The translations under genes and the position numbers were made by a program. From contig JAGIQG010000003.1 of NCBI GenBank assembly GCA_024679065.1, positions 60,822,001 to 60,886,000 of the forward strand: 64,000 nt of DNA, written 5' to 3'. The notes under the pieces were generated by a model. It saw nothing but the letters and a program-made list of their open reading frames with translations. It did no database searches and was not told the origin of the DNA. The stretch comes from Sphyrna mokarran. Its lineage: Eukaryota. Shown here one piece after another: positions 1 to 12,599 of this stretch (its first letter is position 1; every line of letters begins with the position of its first letter).

Positions 1-1552
1 GAACTGCTGCATGCATCACCCTTCACGTCAGGTCCCCCAGGGAATTGGAGGAGATCCCTCCATAGAGGGACTTCTGCCGCCTGGTGGCAACAAGGCCCGC
101 TAAGGTGTATCCGGGCGACAGACAAGGAGTGGTAGCGGAAAATGTGTAGCATCAGCTCCGCGTGATGGAAGAGGACACAGAGGACATTTCTGCAAGACAG
201 CACATGTTGCGGGGTACCTGATCTGCGAAGGTGGGCATAGGCTTTGGGTCAATGTGGAATTCTGTCCAAACAGGGGGACATTTGGAGGGGATCCCACCGC
301 ATGCCTGCACTGTCTCAAGACCATATGCACATTTGGGGCTGAGCATAACCATTCTAAGGTCTTGAATGGCTTTGGCTGTGCGCCACATGGGCACCCCTGC
401 GCGTTCAGCCAGCATGTGGGAGACATCCAGCCTTGATCCTAGTTACCTTGGCATTCACAACCCTCTTCTCCACCAGCCACCTGAAGTTATACAGCTGGAG
501 GAGTGGATTCCTGAGCAGCAGCTCTTGCAACTCCTGAAACGCACCCCAGATTTGTATACAGGAGCTGCACATTGTAATTCAGGGAGTGCAACTGATGGAA
601 GAAATATGTTGCTAGTGCACATCATTGTGGAGAAGGCTCAACATAAAGGTACCTCTACAGGGTCTGAAGGCAAAAGGTTGCCACCTGCGTCCGAAGCCTC
701 ACAAGACCTTGACTACCCTCCGCAAGCAGAGATGCAAAACCGTGGCAGAGAGTGCAGTTTGTTGTCCCAGAAGAACTGCATGAGGGATTTCTGGAGATTG
801 GTAACAAAGCCAGAAGAAGGGATCAAAGAGACCGGCCAGTACCACAATATGGAGATGAGCAGCTGGTTTATGATGAGAATTGTGCTGTAGGACCGCACTC
901 GGAGCAGTCCTGTCCAGAACTCAGGCGGGTGGAAACTTTAGCCTCTAGGTCCTGCCAGTTAGCTGGCCAGGATTCGTTGACTGGGCAGAGATGGGCCCCC
1001 AAGTAGAGGAGGTTGGTCCTGCTCCAAGTGAAAGGCCTCAGCTCCTCTGGAAGGGGATCCATCTCCCACAGACCAGAGGTCCGGAGCACTTGACCCAGTT
1101 GATCCTGGTGGAGTATTTGGCAGAGTACACCACGAGGCATTTTCATATCTTCCACAGCCGAGTCCATGAACACGAGGAGCATGTCATCGGTGTAAGCCAA
1201 CAGGACCATCCCTATATGCATGCTGCGCAAAGCCAAACTTTGCAAGAGGTGCAGGAATGGCTCCACGCATATAGAATACATTTGGTCCGACAAGGGGCAG
1301 CTCTGCCGTACCCCTCTCCCAAAGCGAAAGGGCACCATCGGGGACCCGTTAAACTTAATTAGACACTCTGCGGCAGAGTACACTAATGGGATCCGGGCAA
1401 CGAAATGTGTCCCGAACTCGAATGCCAGCAGAGCTTTGAGTAAATGCTTGTGCTCCTCCTTGTCGAATGCCTTTTCCTGGTCTAATGACAAGAAGGCGCT
1501 CGACAGACTAGCCCTCTGGGAATGATGGATTAAGTCCCGAACGAGATGGAGA
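1..1552 (-). mobile_element. Tx1-clade (L1 superfamily) non-LTR retrotransposon, 5'-truncated, degenerate ORF2 (RT); continues off the left edge
   Basis: Minus ORF 868-1491 carries the RT motifs SLDQEKAFD, GRGVRQSCPLS and LAYTDD, typical of Tx1-like RTs. Bases 1-130 closely resemble 3444-3580 (same family). Confidence 0.9.
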
Positions 1553-1706
1553 CTAAGATGTGCGAGTTAGGTAGATTGGCCACACTAAATTGCCAGGGGT
1601 CTAGCTAGGGTAAATGCATGAGGTTATGGGATAGGGTCTGGGTGGAATTGTGGACGGTGCAGATTCAGTAAGTCAAATGGCTTCCTTCTGCATTGTATAA
1701 TTCTAT
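1553..1706 (+). mobile_element. 3' half of an HE1/V-SINE-like SINE (CR1-type tail)
   Basis: Sequence aagatgtgcgagttaggtagattggccacactaaattgcc followed by tail aaatggcttccttctgcattgtataattctatga. Matches the complete copies at 40000 and 50092. Confidence 0.8.
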
Positions 1707-2164
1707 GAAGATTTGCACCCTTTCTGGTGTATCATAATCACTCCTTTTACTGTAGCTGATATTTAAAATGATGAATTGGCAACAGCCAAGGAACATACAT
1801 TTGAAATATGGCTCTTATGTGTCTTGTTCAAGAGCAGCATCATAGAAATAATAAGTTACTTCCAGAGTGATTAACTAAATGAAATTATTTTTTTAAGGAT
1901 CATAATGATTGAAAGTAGAGCATTTCAGTTCCATTATTATTGGTACATCTTGGGGACCAGGACTTCAGTACATCGGTCATCATCTCAAAGTTTGCTGATG
2001 ATACAAATATATTTTACAATGAAGACAGTAACACAAATTAGAAAGAAAAGAACTGGAAAAATGGGCAAACAGGGATTAAAATTGTAAAAATTATACAAGA
2101 ACTTAAAAATGTTTGGGAACAGGACAGTGAAAACCCAAAACACTGAGCAACTTTCAGAATCTAT

Positions 2165-2430
2165 TTGCACCTACCCATCTGGTCATGTACATCCCTGCTA
2201 ATTGAGATGTACAAGATTATAACAAGTTTGGAGAAGGTGGACAAAGAAAATCTGTTCCCATTAGTTGATGGTACAATGCTGAGGGAGCACATATTTAAGG
2301 TATTAACAAAGGATTGCAGGGGGACTATGAGGAAAACATTTTTGCACAGTGAATAATATGACTGGAACTCACTGCCCATGAGAGTGATGGAAGCAGAAAC
2401 AATAAGATTACCACCTCTGCTTGGACATAT
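2165..2430 (+). mobile_element. CR1-type LINE 3' fragment
   Basis: Translates as LIEMYKIITSLEKVDKENLFPLVDG..R.H.FKV, the CR1 ORF2 C-terminus; compare 20480-20740. Confidence 0.75.
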
Positions 2431-2827
2431 TCGGAGAGATATTGGAGGAAGTAACGTCACAGAAAGTTGGTGGCATAAGCAAAGTGGCTTTCAGGAACTG
2501 CAAGAGAGGAAGATAAATCAATTTTAATTATGCAAACAGGATAAATTTGCAGTGAGGGTGACTAATGATATCAGTTTGGAGGGAAAATAAACTTTACTCA
2601 CTTTTAATACAAGCGATTTCAGTGATATAAAATCTGCTTACTCTGAAGGGAATTTTTTTTTGTCTCTACCTGTGTTTTTAATGAACTAAAAAGATCTGAA
2701 CTCCCACTCGTATCAATTGCACATGTCCTAACATCTGCTGCTTGTGCACAATCTTTACATGAAATTCAAACACTAGCAATCCCAATGCAGCCAGCAAAAT
2801 CCCAGCGAATCAGACTCATTTTCAGTG

Positions 2828-3720
2828 ACACACTGATTAGCACTGCTGTCTTACAGTGCCGGGGACCCTGGTTTGATTCCCGGCTTGGGTCATTGTCTAT
2901 GTGGCTCTGCACACTCTCCCCATGTTTGTATGGGTTTCCATTGATTGCTCCAATTTCCTCCCACAGTCCAAAAGACATACTGGTTAGGCCTCTTTTAGGG
3001 CAAACCAAATAAATCAACTCAAATTAACTCAGGGATAAAGTAAAAGGGGCAGGTTCCCAAAAGGAGGGGGAACAGCCTGAACAGGAGTCTGGGTGCGGTA
3101 GGCATCAACTGTGCCCGGGCACACTGCAAGTTCCCTCTTCAGGGACACCTGACTGTGAAAGTAGCCTCGGTAGAGGGTCAGACAGTTAGGATGGATGACC
3201 CCGTTGATTGCCTGCTGCCTGGGCCTGTTAGTGATGAGTTTTGCCAGATCCAGGTGCAGGTTCACGAGTAGGTCGCCAACCCAACCCGCCCCTGTCTGCA
3301 CCAAAATCAGGATTGAAGTGCAAACAAAACATCAATAAAAGATCCTTCAGGAAAACAAAAATGGAGTGCAAACTAAAACACAAAACAAAAACATGGTCCA
3401 TGGACTCCACAAGGCCACAAAAGGGGCAATCTTGGGAGCCGAAACTGCTGCATGCATCATCGTCCATCCCAGGCCCCCAAGATAATTGGGAAAGATCCTT
3501 CCGTAGAGGGACCTCCACTGGGAGCCTCCGCCGCCCGGCAGCAACGAGGCCCACCAAGGTGTATCCAGGCGAGACAAGTGCTGGTTAGGTGATTAGGTGA
3601 ATCGTTCAAAATTCTCCTTCAGTGTATCTGAACAGGTGCCAAAGTGTGGTGATTAGGGGATTTCCATAGTAACTTCATTGCAGTGTTAATGTAAACTTAC
3701 TTGTGACAATAATAACTAAA
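2828..3720 (+). mobile_element. HE1/V-SINE-like SINE (2828-2988 plus 3581-3720) split by a Tx1 insertion
   Basis: tRNA-like head (ttagcactgctg...ggtttgattcccgg) and V-domain ...ctcccacagtccaaaagacatactggttagg. The SINE resumes at ctggttaggtg (3581) with tail ...aacttcattgcagtgttaatgtaaacttacttgtgacaataat. Confidence 0.8.
2989..3580 (-). mobile_element. Tx1-clade LINE 3' fragment with C-terminal CCHC zinc knuckle; TSD CTGGTTAGG
   Basis: Minus translation CPFCGLVESMDHVFVLC and ...LLVNLHLDLAKL. CTGGTTAGG is duplicated at 2980-2988 and 3581-3589. Confidence 0.85.
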
Positions 3721-4659
3721 CTTAGCTCTTGGCTTTCTTTCATACTTTAAGTTTTAAATTTGATTGGGCAGCACTGTGCTGGAGCTGATTTCACCTTGTG
3801 GCAATACCTCATAATAGTGGGAGCTGTAATTTCTTCCCCTTCTTGGTGGTTGCTGATGATAATTGGGTTGAATTTTAAAAAATATTGTTTTAAAATGAAG
3901 GAAGTAAATTTTCAGCATTATGAGCAACAAATAAGCAATGGGACTGACAGGATTGCTCTACAGAAAGCTGGCAGAGTTGAGGGGCCAAATCTCCTTGAGT
4001 GCCATAAACAACTCAATAACTTTAGCAATTACAAGACTGTCCATGTGGGCTACCCTCAAGTTCCACTCCAAGCCAGACAAAACCATTCTGAATAAAAACT
4101 ATATCATTCAGTCACTGGATCAAAATCCTAGAACTCTCTCCCTAAGAGAAAGATTTGAATGAGGTGTTCTTACATATGGTGTTCCTACACCATATGGACT
4201 GCAGCCATTCAAGAAGGCAGCTCATCATTACCTAAGGGCTGCAGTTAAGTACTGACAATAGCAATTGGCCTAATCAATGACACCCATATGCCATGGATGA
4301 ATAAATAAACAAAAAATCTGGAAAATACATTGGAACATAGAACAGTATGCTATGCCGAACATGACATCAAATTAAATTAATCCCTTCTGCCTGCACTTGG
4401 TCCATATCCCTCAGCTTCTTCCCTGCTTTTGAATGAACGTCCCTCATATTGAGTTGATCTTTCCCTACACGTTAGCTATGTAATACTACATTCTGCACCT
4501 TTTCCTTTCCTTTTCTATGTATTTCCTTTTCAACAGCCTTTGTCTGTTTAGCGCAAGAAATAACATGTGACCATAATAAATCAAATCAAATCTATTCCAT
4601 CCATTTTTGCTTCAGCCATGAAGATGCCCAAGCAGAGTTGTTGGTGTTGGAATTGGTGT

Positions 4660-5300
4660 TGTCTCGCCGCCAGCCTCACCCTGTTGATGTCATCGCGCCG
4701 CCTGCGTGGCGACGGTGCGGCGGGACCGGATGTGAGGTAGGGCCCGCGGGCTGGCCGGAAGTGGCGATGTGGGCTGGCAGTTGCTGCGCAGCGTCGCTGA
4801 TGTGAGGCGGAGAGAGAGGGAACGGAGGCTGCAATCGGCGGAATCAGGGTGGGTGCCGTTCCTTTGCTCCTTCCCTGCGCGCCCCGGTCCGCGGCTCAGA
4901 CTAACCCCCCTCCCCTCCGTCACCTCCCGGTCCCGGGCTCCATTGCTGGGTTTGGGGCTTTATGATTGATATTATTTGACGCCGAGGCCTGGCGAGCCCG
5001 GGCTCCCCCTTTCCTTCCCTAAGGGAAGATGGGTTGCCCCACCCCCCTCATCGCTCTGCGCATCGTTGCATCCCGATTCCTGGAAAGGAGTTGGCGGCGA
5101 CAGGGCGCTTGATGTCCCCCCCTTTTGTTTTTGGGAGATGGGTGGGTGGTTGTTTCGGCCCGGGTAGGGAGTGGGCGTGGGGGGGCGTTACCTCACAATG
5201 TCGGCGTTACCTCCTGGTCTGTGTTTGCGGCCATTGACAATTGGCCTCCTACTTGTCACCCTCGGAGCCAAAGTAACATCGGTCTCGCGAACTGAGACCA
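4660..5300 (+). promoter_or_regulatory. CpG-island promoter of FAM168B with two ETS/GABP-type sites
   Basis: The only GC- and CpG-rich island in an otherwise CpG-depleted window. ACCGGATGT at 4725-4733 and CCGGAAGT at 4755-4762. Confidence 0.75.
4770..4848 (+). other. FAM168B: Putative non-coding exon 1 of FAM168B (start approximate)
   Basis: Lies inside the CpG island and ends at donor AGG|GTGGGT (GT at 4849-4850). The next exon begins at 15011, 15 nt before the ATG. The TSS is inferred. Confidence 0.6.
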
Positions 5301-8300
5301 GCTGATGGGTAAAAGAGGACTTACGGAAGGCACATTCGAAAAGGCTTGTATTTCAAACTTGAATATTGGCCCTTTCTGTGTGCGTGTGGTCTTTGCTTTG
5401 TTATTGTCGACAGTTCCATGCAAAGTGGGATCTAAAGCCCCACATCCGAGATTTTAATTGCACGGATCGTTATTTTGACCCACTCCGATTTAGAACCAGC
5501 ACTGCTACTTAATTTACCATAAAAGAGGGAAAAAAAGGCAACTTGCAAAACCATGCATAAATTTGTATTGAGAACAGAAAATGATGAAACTACTCAGCAT
5601 CTGTGCAGAGGGCAACAGAGAAAGCGTCTCAAGCCAATCATCTTTCACCAATGTTCGAAAGTGTTTCACTTTCGATAATGAGGCCTTCTTGAAATTAATG
5701 TATTATTGCTTCTTACTGTGGTGCATTCTTGCTTCAGGTAAAGGGATGGATTTACTTTTTATAGCAACTGCAAGATATTTTTGTTTACAAATTGTGTGGC
5801 ACTGAGACCAGTTGTGCCATCCTCTAATAAGTCTGAGAGAGTAAAAAACAAGAATTGTGAACAGCAGTAAAAAAATTCAGAATGTGTTCTTTATAAAACC
5901 CCACACAATTGAGGGTGCCTCACCAGTATTCAAAATCCCAATTTCTCAATTTGGTGTTGCCTTGGCCCTCTTTAGAGAAACTGGCCTGTGAGCCCATTAG
6001 GTAATTTTTGCAGTTCAGTTTGACCCTGGTTGAGTTGTTCCTGCGCTCCATTTATCCATCTTAGCTCTTTATTTGTCGCTACCCTTACCTAACATAAATC
6101 TATGGATTTCAGTCTTGGAATTAGCCAGTCGTCTACAGCCTGGAGACTTGAGATTTTAGCTTGAACCTGTAGGTTCATGTTGTGTCGTATTTGTTCTTAA
6201 TTCATTGTACATTTCTGCTGTAACTGAAGATGGAACTGAAACCATCAATACTTTGTTTTGATTTTGCTTATTTCATGTTTGCTGTCTTCAAACAAGTTTT
6301 ATAGTTTCTCAATGGTTCAAGTAGACATAATGCCACATGTCACTGTACTAAAGTACCAATGGCAATGTGTGTAATTCATTGTTACTTCTAATTCAAATGC
6401 TCCATCATCATAATTAGCAAACTTATGCAGTAGGAAAATAGGAATTCATGTTTAGTCTGTGATTTGACTGTTGAGCCATATTTTTGATGTAATGTGGAAG
6501 GCACAGTGAACCGTAGAGATTCTCTTTGTGTGCTTTGGGCTCTTCTCTCACTTCCTGTAAATAATTTAATTTTTAAACCGTATTCAAGGCCTTAATAGCA
6601 GTATTTTCTGAAACTTGAGGATGCTTGGAAGAAGTTGCCTGAATTGTGTAGGATATAGATTTGAAAAGCAATTTGGAATAAAAATGTGCAGAATTATTAG
6701 AAATGTGTTTCAGTGTGAGATGGTTATGGGTGATTTGAATTATATGAATATAGGTGATATATATTAATACTCTTAAGTGTTATGACTTTGTTAAATACAA
6801 TAGCATGCTTAGATTATGTGGCAGACTAAAATGAGCAGACTTTTGCGTAGATATTAGTTTTCCTGCTAATAACAATGCAGTAAGCAACTAATATTCAGCA
6901 TAAATATAACAAAATATTTTAAAAATTATGCTTAGCTACAGTTAAACTATGGTCTTTGGATGATATTTAGCACTACGTCAATGCTAACTGTGTAGTACAG
7001 AACAGTAGACTTTGCCACAATGGAAATCCGCTTATGTAAGTGGCTGATATTGAGTTTTGTAATTGAAGAAAACACAGGGAAAATAGATGTTGGTCTAATC
7101 AGATATATTTTCAATCATAAGAGATTTTGTTTGCTGATAGGGCATTTCTTAACAGCTTCTATGTGTAGCTTGAGGTTGTGTGCATTGTTTTGATTCGTCC
7201 CAACAGCGGTATAAGCCACATGAAACTTTATTTACTTGTTTTTATTGTTAAGCTTAAGACCATGAACTGACCATGTACCTTGTACAGTAACATTACTGAC
7301 CCACTTTAAGATGCAAAATTGCGATATTGCACCCATGTCCCATTTGTGTTGTGTACTCAGTTGCAATTGATACAAGACATGTGCTTAAGTTTGCAATTTT
7401 AGATTGTGACTCAACCTACTCAATAGCTGAGATTCAAATTTTAATATGGGTGTACGTGGCAGAGTGACCCAGTGCCATAAAGCATTGATAGTATCTAAGC
7501 AATATTTACTTTGTAGTTGGAACTATCTACAATTTTTGGAATTGTCTGCAAATTATCTCCTATTCAGTCTTGGATCCTCTAAGTATTGATGCTACTTTGT
7601 TCATCAAGCCATCAGTATAACTGGATCTAATGTGTATTTACATTTGATCTAAATACGCCATGAATTGGGTATTGCCTTATCATACTACTGACGTTATATT
7701 CGCAAAGATGTTGGTGGCTTCCTTTTTAGTATCTTATTTTAAAAAAACATTGAAAAATGTTGCAGTACAATGAAACATGAATTGTGCATTAGTGACTTGC
7801 AGACCAAATTTGTTTCAAAATTGGCCAAGTTTTCAAAATCATAAGCTGCAGCAATTAATTCCATTGTTTTCCTCTGTTGTGCCATCCCATAAATCTATAA
7901 AGTAGCTCTCTTACTAGAAAGTACCAATCATTGCTGAGTATGCATTTGGTCTGTTCTGCACAATGTAATTGGCAAGAATAAAGCAGAGATGCATGTCTTA
8001 CTGAAGGAGAGAAAACCTTTATTATTACACCAGGCAACAACGTGTTTGTGCTTTCCATTTGTAGTATCACATTAGTGTGAAGTGGACAATCATATCAGAA
8101 ATGCTGTTTTCTTTTGAGTGTATATGTTGACCTGCTTGAATTCACTGTTCAGCATTTTTATTCATCTTTATAAAAGATGAAAATTACTTATTGGATTCTT
8201 ATTGCTATTGTACTAGGTGTAATTTCATCAAATGCAGCCTATCAGTTACATGGAAAGATTTCAGTTGTTACTTCCCACTGTACTGCACACCAGTTCCCAT

Positions 8301-9698
8301 TTGGGCAAGTGTGGAATACCAATGTTTATGATGGTTAGGGAGAGGCTGGAATTCTAACAATTATCCCAGCCCTTGGTCATTCTGCTCAGTGTGCAGATGG
8401 GTTATTGTGAAAGCTTATAGTCAAATAGACTTTGAAAATATATTAATAAATGCCAAGGTAGAATTTTTGGGTCTCTGTAGGAGTCCAGGGCCTTAAATGA
8501 ACTGTTCAATTGGGTCACCTCTAAGATGCAATTGTATTATACAAGTGATACTGTTTTAATTTGAAGTTATTAAATGCCTATTGAATTCAAGGATTGTCCA
8601 TTTTCTTACCTTCCTGTATTAAATAAACTACTTGTGAATGGGAGTTCTTGTTGCTGAATTTCCAGTTAATGATTTAAAAAGAATTCAAAACAAGAACCAC
8701 CAGACAGCAACAGTTTCCAATATGAAGAATGGAAGAGTAACCAAACAAATCAATTTTTTAATTGAAAAAATATTTTTGATCACACTTTACTTAATTAGCC
8801 TCTCTGTATTTATAAATGCATGAATAATGCAGTAGGTTGGCTTCAGGCCAAATTGGTTAAGACAGAGTTTGTCTACCTACCTCTCAGCATTGCCAAACCA
8901 CAATAGCTTTCTGACCCTGGTTGTTTAGTGCTGCCAAGATCACAAGTTTCCTTACTTTTGCCATGTGTTCTGCAACCTCGTTTATTGTTTTCTTTATATC
9001 AGTTCTGCAAAATGAAGAACCTTTCTTGAAATCCTTCCAAATCCTAGAACCTTTTATCGAATAGAATTAACTCGAGATACAAAACAACCCTCCCAACATT
9101 TAAAAGTATAAGAATTATAGATCAGTTATATTGACATCCATTTTTCGGAAGTTTTGTTAGTTGTCAGTTTTCAAAGGGGTCATGATCATTCTTTCTAATA
9201 AGAATTGTTTTGAATAACCATTGCCAATTTCTGTTTAATACAGTGCTTTTGTAGCCATTAGTGTTTTGTCATTCTTTGCTATTTTTAATCTTTCCCATTA
9301 TCCAGTATCAATGATATTTTTCAATTTTTGCAGACTTTCTTTTCTGGTGCTATGTTTTCTCTTACTATTTTAGTTGTTTTTTTTGGTCAGATAGAACTCT
9401 TGTGTCTTAGACCATGTATAACACATTACATTTTGAATATCTACTGATCTTGAGTCTCTTTATGCATTAACAGTTTATTGTGGAGTCTCTGATCTGGCCT
9501 ACTGAAATCAATCTTGAGTAAATCTAGAGCGTTAGTAGCTGTTTTAGTAGTGTTACGCCTTTTCAAAGACGAAGTTGAATCAATCATACGTAATCTGGAG
9601 TTCTTACCCTAAGTAGCCTACGTGTAACTCCAGACTTAGAACAACATGATTACCCTCTGAAATGGCCTAGCTTGCCATTCATTTGTATCAGGGATATT

Positions 9699-9990
9699 GG
9701 CGGCATGTTAGCACAGTGGTTAGCACTGCTGCCTCAGCATCAGGGATTTGGGTTCAATTCCCATCTTGGCTTACAGTCTACCTGGAATCTGCATATTCTT
9801 TGTGTCTGTGTGGGATTTTTCTGAGTGCTCCAATTTCCCCCCCATCGTCCAAAAGATTGATTAGGTACATTGGCTGCACTAAATTCCCCATTTTGTCCTG
9901 CACAGGTGCTGGAGTGTGGCAACTAGGGGATTTTCCCAGTAACTTGATTGCAATTTTAATGTAAGCCTACTTGTGACACTAAAACAGATT
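9699..9990 (+). mobile_element. HE1/V-SINE-like SINE, alternative (non-CR1) tail
   Basis: ggcggcatgttagcacagtggttagcactgctgcctca head, GGTTCAATTCC B-box, tail ctaggggattttcccagtaacttg...gtaagcctacttgtgacact. Confidence 0.8.
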
Positions 9991-10944
9991 AACCATCTAC
10001 CATCATCCTAGGTGTGTCCCACATCTGAGAATCTATTCAAAAGCTGTCATACAGGCTGGCATGACATAGTCACACTCGCTGAATCTTACCATAAGATCAT
10101 TGTTCCAAAAGCATCTATCAACGTTCTTGGGCACGTTCTATTCTGTTAGTAGGACTGACTGACTGCAGGTGACCGAGTGGTAAACAGTTGAGAGTGATCC
10201 TGGGAGTCTTCAACATTGATTCCAGATTTGATGAAATCTCATTGTAACAGGTCAAACAGGGTCAAGGACATCTCCTGCTGATGACCGCCTGCTGCACTGA
10301 TGATTCGGGAAGTTGTATTCTGAGATGAGGGGCTACAATATCCATGACCTGGAGTTGCTTGGCAGCACCACTACTGACAGAGCTGGTAGAGTCCTGAAGG
10401 ATATAGCTGCTACATTGTGTCTGCAGACATATTGTGGGCCAGATATGGCTTCAAATGTCATAAATATTTTCCAGTGCAATTACAATATGGGCATCTATCC
10501 AACAATGAAAAAATAAAAATTACTAGAGATGTTCACATCTGGCAGCAACTGTGAAGAGAGAAACAGTGTTAATGTTTCAGTTCAATGACCTTTCAGCTGA
10601 ACTGGAAAAAATCAGATGTAGCAGGATTGAACCAGGTACAGAGATGAGGAAACCTGGGAGGAAAGGAAAAGAAACGAAGGGATCTGTGATGGGGTGGAAT
10701 ACTCTGTACTTTGCTGAATGAATGCAACTCCCAAAAACATTCAAAAGGCTGAACACCAGCCTGGGCAAATCAAGGGGGCTTGATTAATACTCCATCCACC
10801 GCCTTAAATATTGACTCAGTCCATTGCTGTTGTAGCATGGCCAGATGCCATTAAAGGATGCACTGTAGCAACACTTTAAGACTTCTTTTATGACACCTTT
10901 CAAACCTGCAGCCAATGTAATTTAGGACAAGGGCGCTAAATATG

Positions 10945-11222
10945 GACAACACAGTGGTTAGCACTGCTGTCCCTCAGCTCCAGGACCTGGATTTGCTTCC
11001 CAGCTTGGGTCACTCTACAGAGTCTGCACATTCTCCCCTTGTATTTGTGGATTTCCTCCCACGGTCTGAAAGACATGCTGGTTAGGTGCATTGGCATTGA
11101 TAAATTCTAGGTCACTGTACTTGAACAGGCATTGGAATGTGGGGTCTAGGGGATTTTCACTCACTTCATTGTAGTATTAATATAAGCCTACCTGTAGCAT
11201 TAATAAATAAACTTCTAAACTT
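10945..11222 (+). mobile_element. HE1/V-SINE-like SINE, alternative tail
   Basis: acagtggttagcactgctg head, gacatgctggttaggtgcattgg core, tail ctaggggattttcac...taagcctacc...aataaataaac. Confidence 0.8.
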
Positions 11223-12599
11223 AAAAATCCCAGGAATGAGTAGAATACTGAATCCTGTTGCACAGAACTTTTAACTTGGTAGTTTTTCTCAGATGCTGTT
11301 AGGATAGTATTTTGGAGAACTTCAGTTTAGTGAATTTCTGGCTTACGGTTGAAATGCAGAATTTCTGAGATTTGACCTCATTGTATCAGATGAATTTAAA
11401 CTGAGTTGGAACATTTGAAGCGTCTGGCATAGGGGAGTTATCAATTGAATTGCTCTGGTAAGAATGGGGACGAGACAATTCAAAACCAATCCCACTCTCC
11501 TCTGGTCATATTTTTAAATAGACCAAAAGAGGGTTGCCTAAGGTAGTTTATTATTATGTACTGAAGCTTCTTAATTAAATGATATGAGAATAAAATTCTG
11601 AATTACTGAAAATATTCAAAATAATTTAATTGTCGATTGTTTTAGTACTTAGCCATTGGAGGTAGTAGTCAAAAGTGAGCTGGGTTTCCAGGGAGTAAAA
11701 ACTGTGGCGGGGTGGAGATAGAGTGCTTGAAGCAACAAACTGAACATGGGGTAACTCGTGACAATACGGAAAGGGGTTGTGGTAGAGGCTTAGAAGTCAT
11801 TAAATATTACACTCTTGGTTCCTTACCCCTAAAGGAAGAAAAATAATTGGAGAGAATTATCGATGTAGAAAATGTATTGCGATTGCATTAAAATGCACTT
11901 TTTAGGTAAACTAGGCTAGTTTCACAATTTGATATTTCTTGCACTGATGCATACAAACACTGGTATGTATTAATTTAAAAGTGTACTCAGAAATGTACAA
12001 AACTTCACTAACTTATATTAAATTTCTGTATTCAATTGCAATTAACCCGAGAACCTACTTGTAAATTCATTTAAGTCAATGAAGTGATTTTTGATCATGT
12101 GCTGAAATGATTGCTCTAAGATTGCTTCTGATTTATTTTTTCAAAATGTTTGAAAATGACGTTTATAAATCTTCTTCAACTAGTCATTCTGATTAGACAG
12201 TTGATTGCCCAAGAGCACAGTTTTGAGTTATAGTTCACTGACACAGTACAGCAATGGGTATAAATGTCACTTGTACAAAAAAGCCATTGTAGATCATAGG
12301 TTAGATTTTAATTTTTGTTGAATATTGACACATCATAATTCATGAAGCTTACTGTTGAATTTTGTGTGTAGATTTGTAGTCTGGAGGGCAAATAAAATGC
12401 ACAGAGAATTCAGAGGTAGCACAAAAGAAATAGTAAGATGTTAAACGGGGCTAGTGTAAGAGAGAATGCAATATCTTCTAAGTTTAGTTTACTGTTCACA
12501 TATGTGAAAGCACAAGAGAATGGTAAACTGCAGGCTCTTCTCCGTGTTGATAAGAGATCACAGATTTAAGAAGTGATGTCAAAGAAAGCTTGGCAAAGA

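Noticed and set aside
366-1525. Long + strand ORFs (174, 123 and 101 aa)
   Set aside because: They are antisense shadows of the minus-strand Tx1 RT and have no independent protein signature.
4690-5237. Arg/Pro/Gly-rich ORFs in the CpG island
   Set aside because: These are expected from GC-rich, stop-poor promoter sequence. There is no homology or splice support.
5281-5299. Small inverted repeat GGTCTC...GAGACC with a partial TCTCGCGA motif
   Set aside because: Too short, and an incomplete match to TCTCGCGAGA; could be chance.
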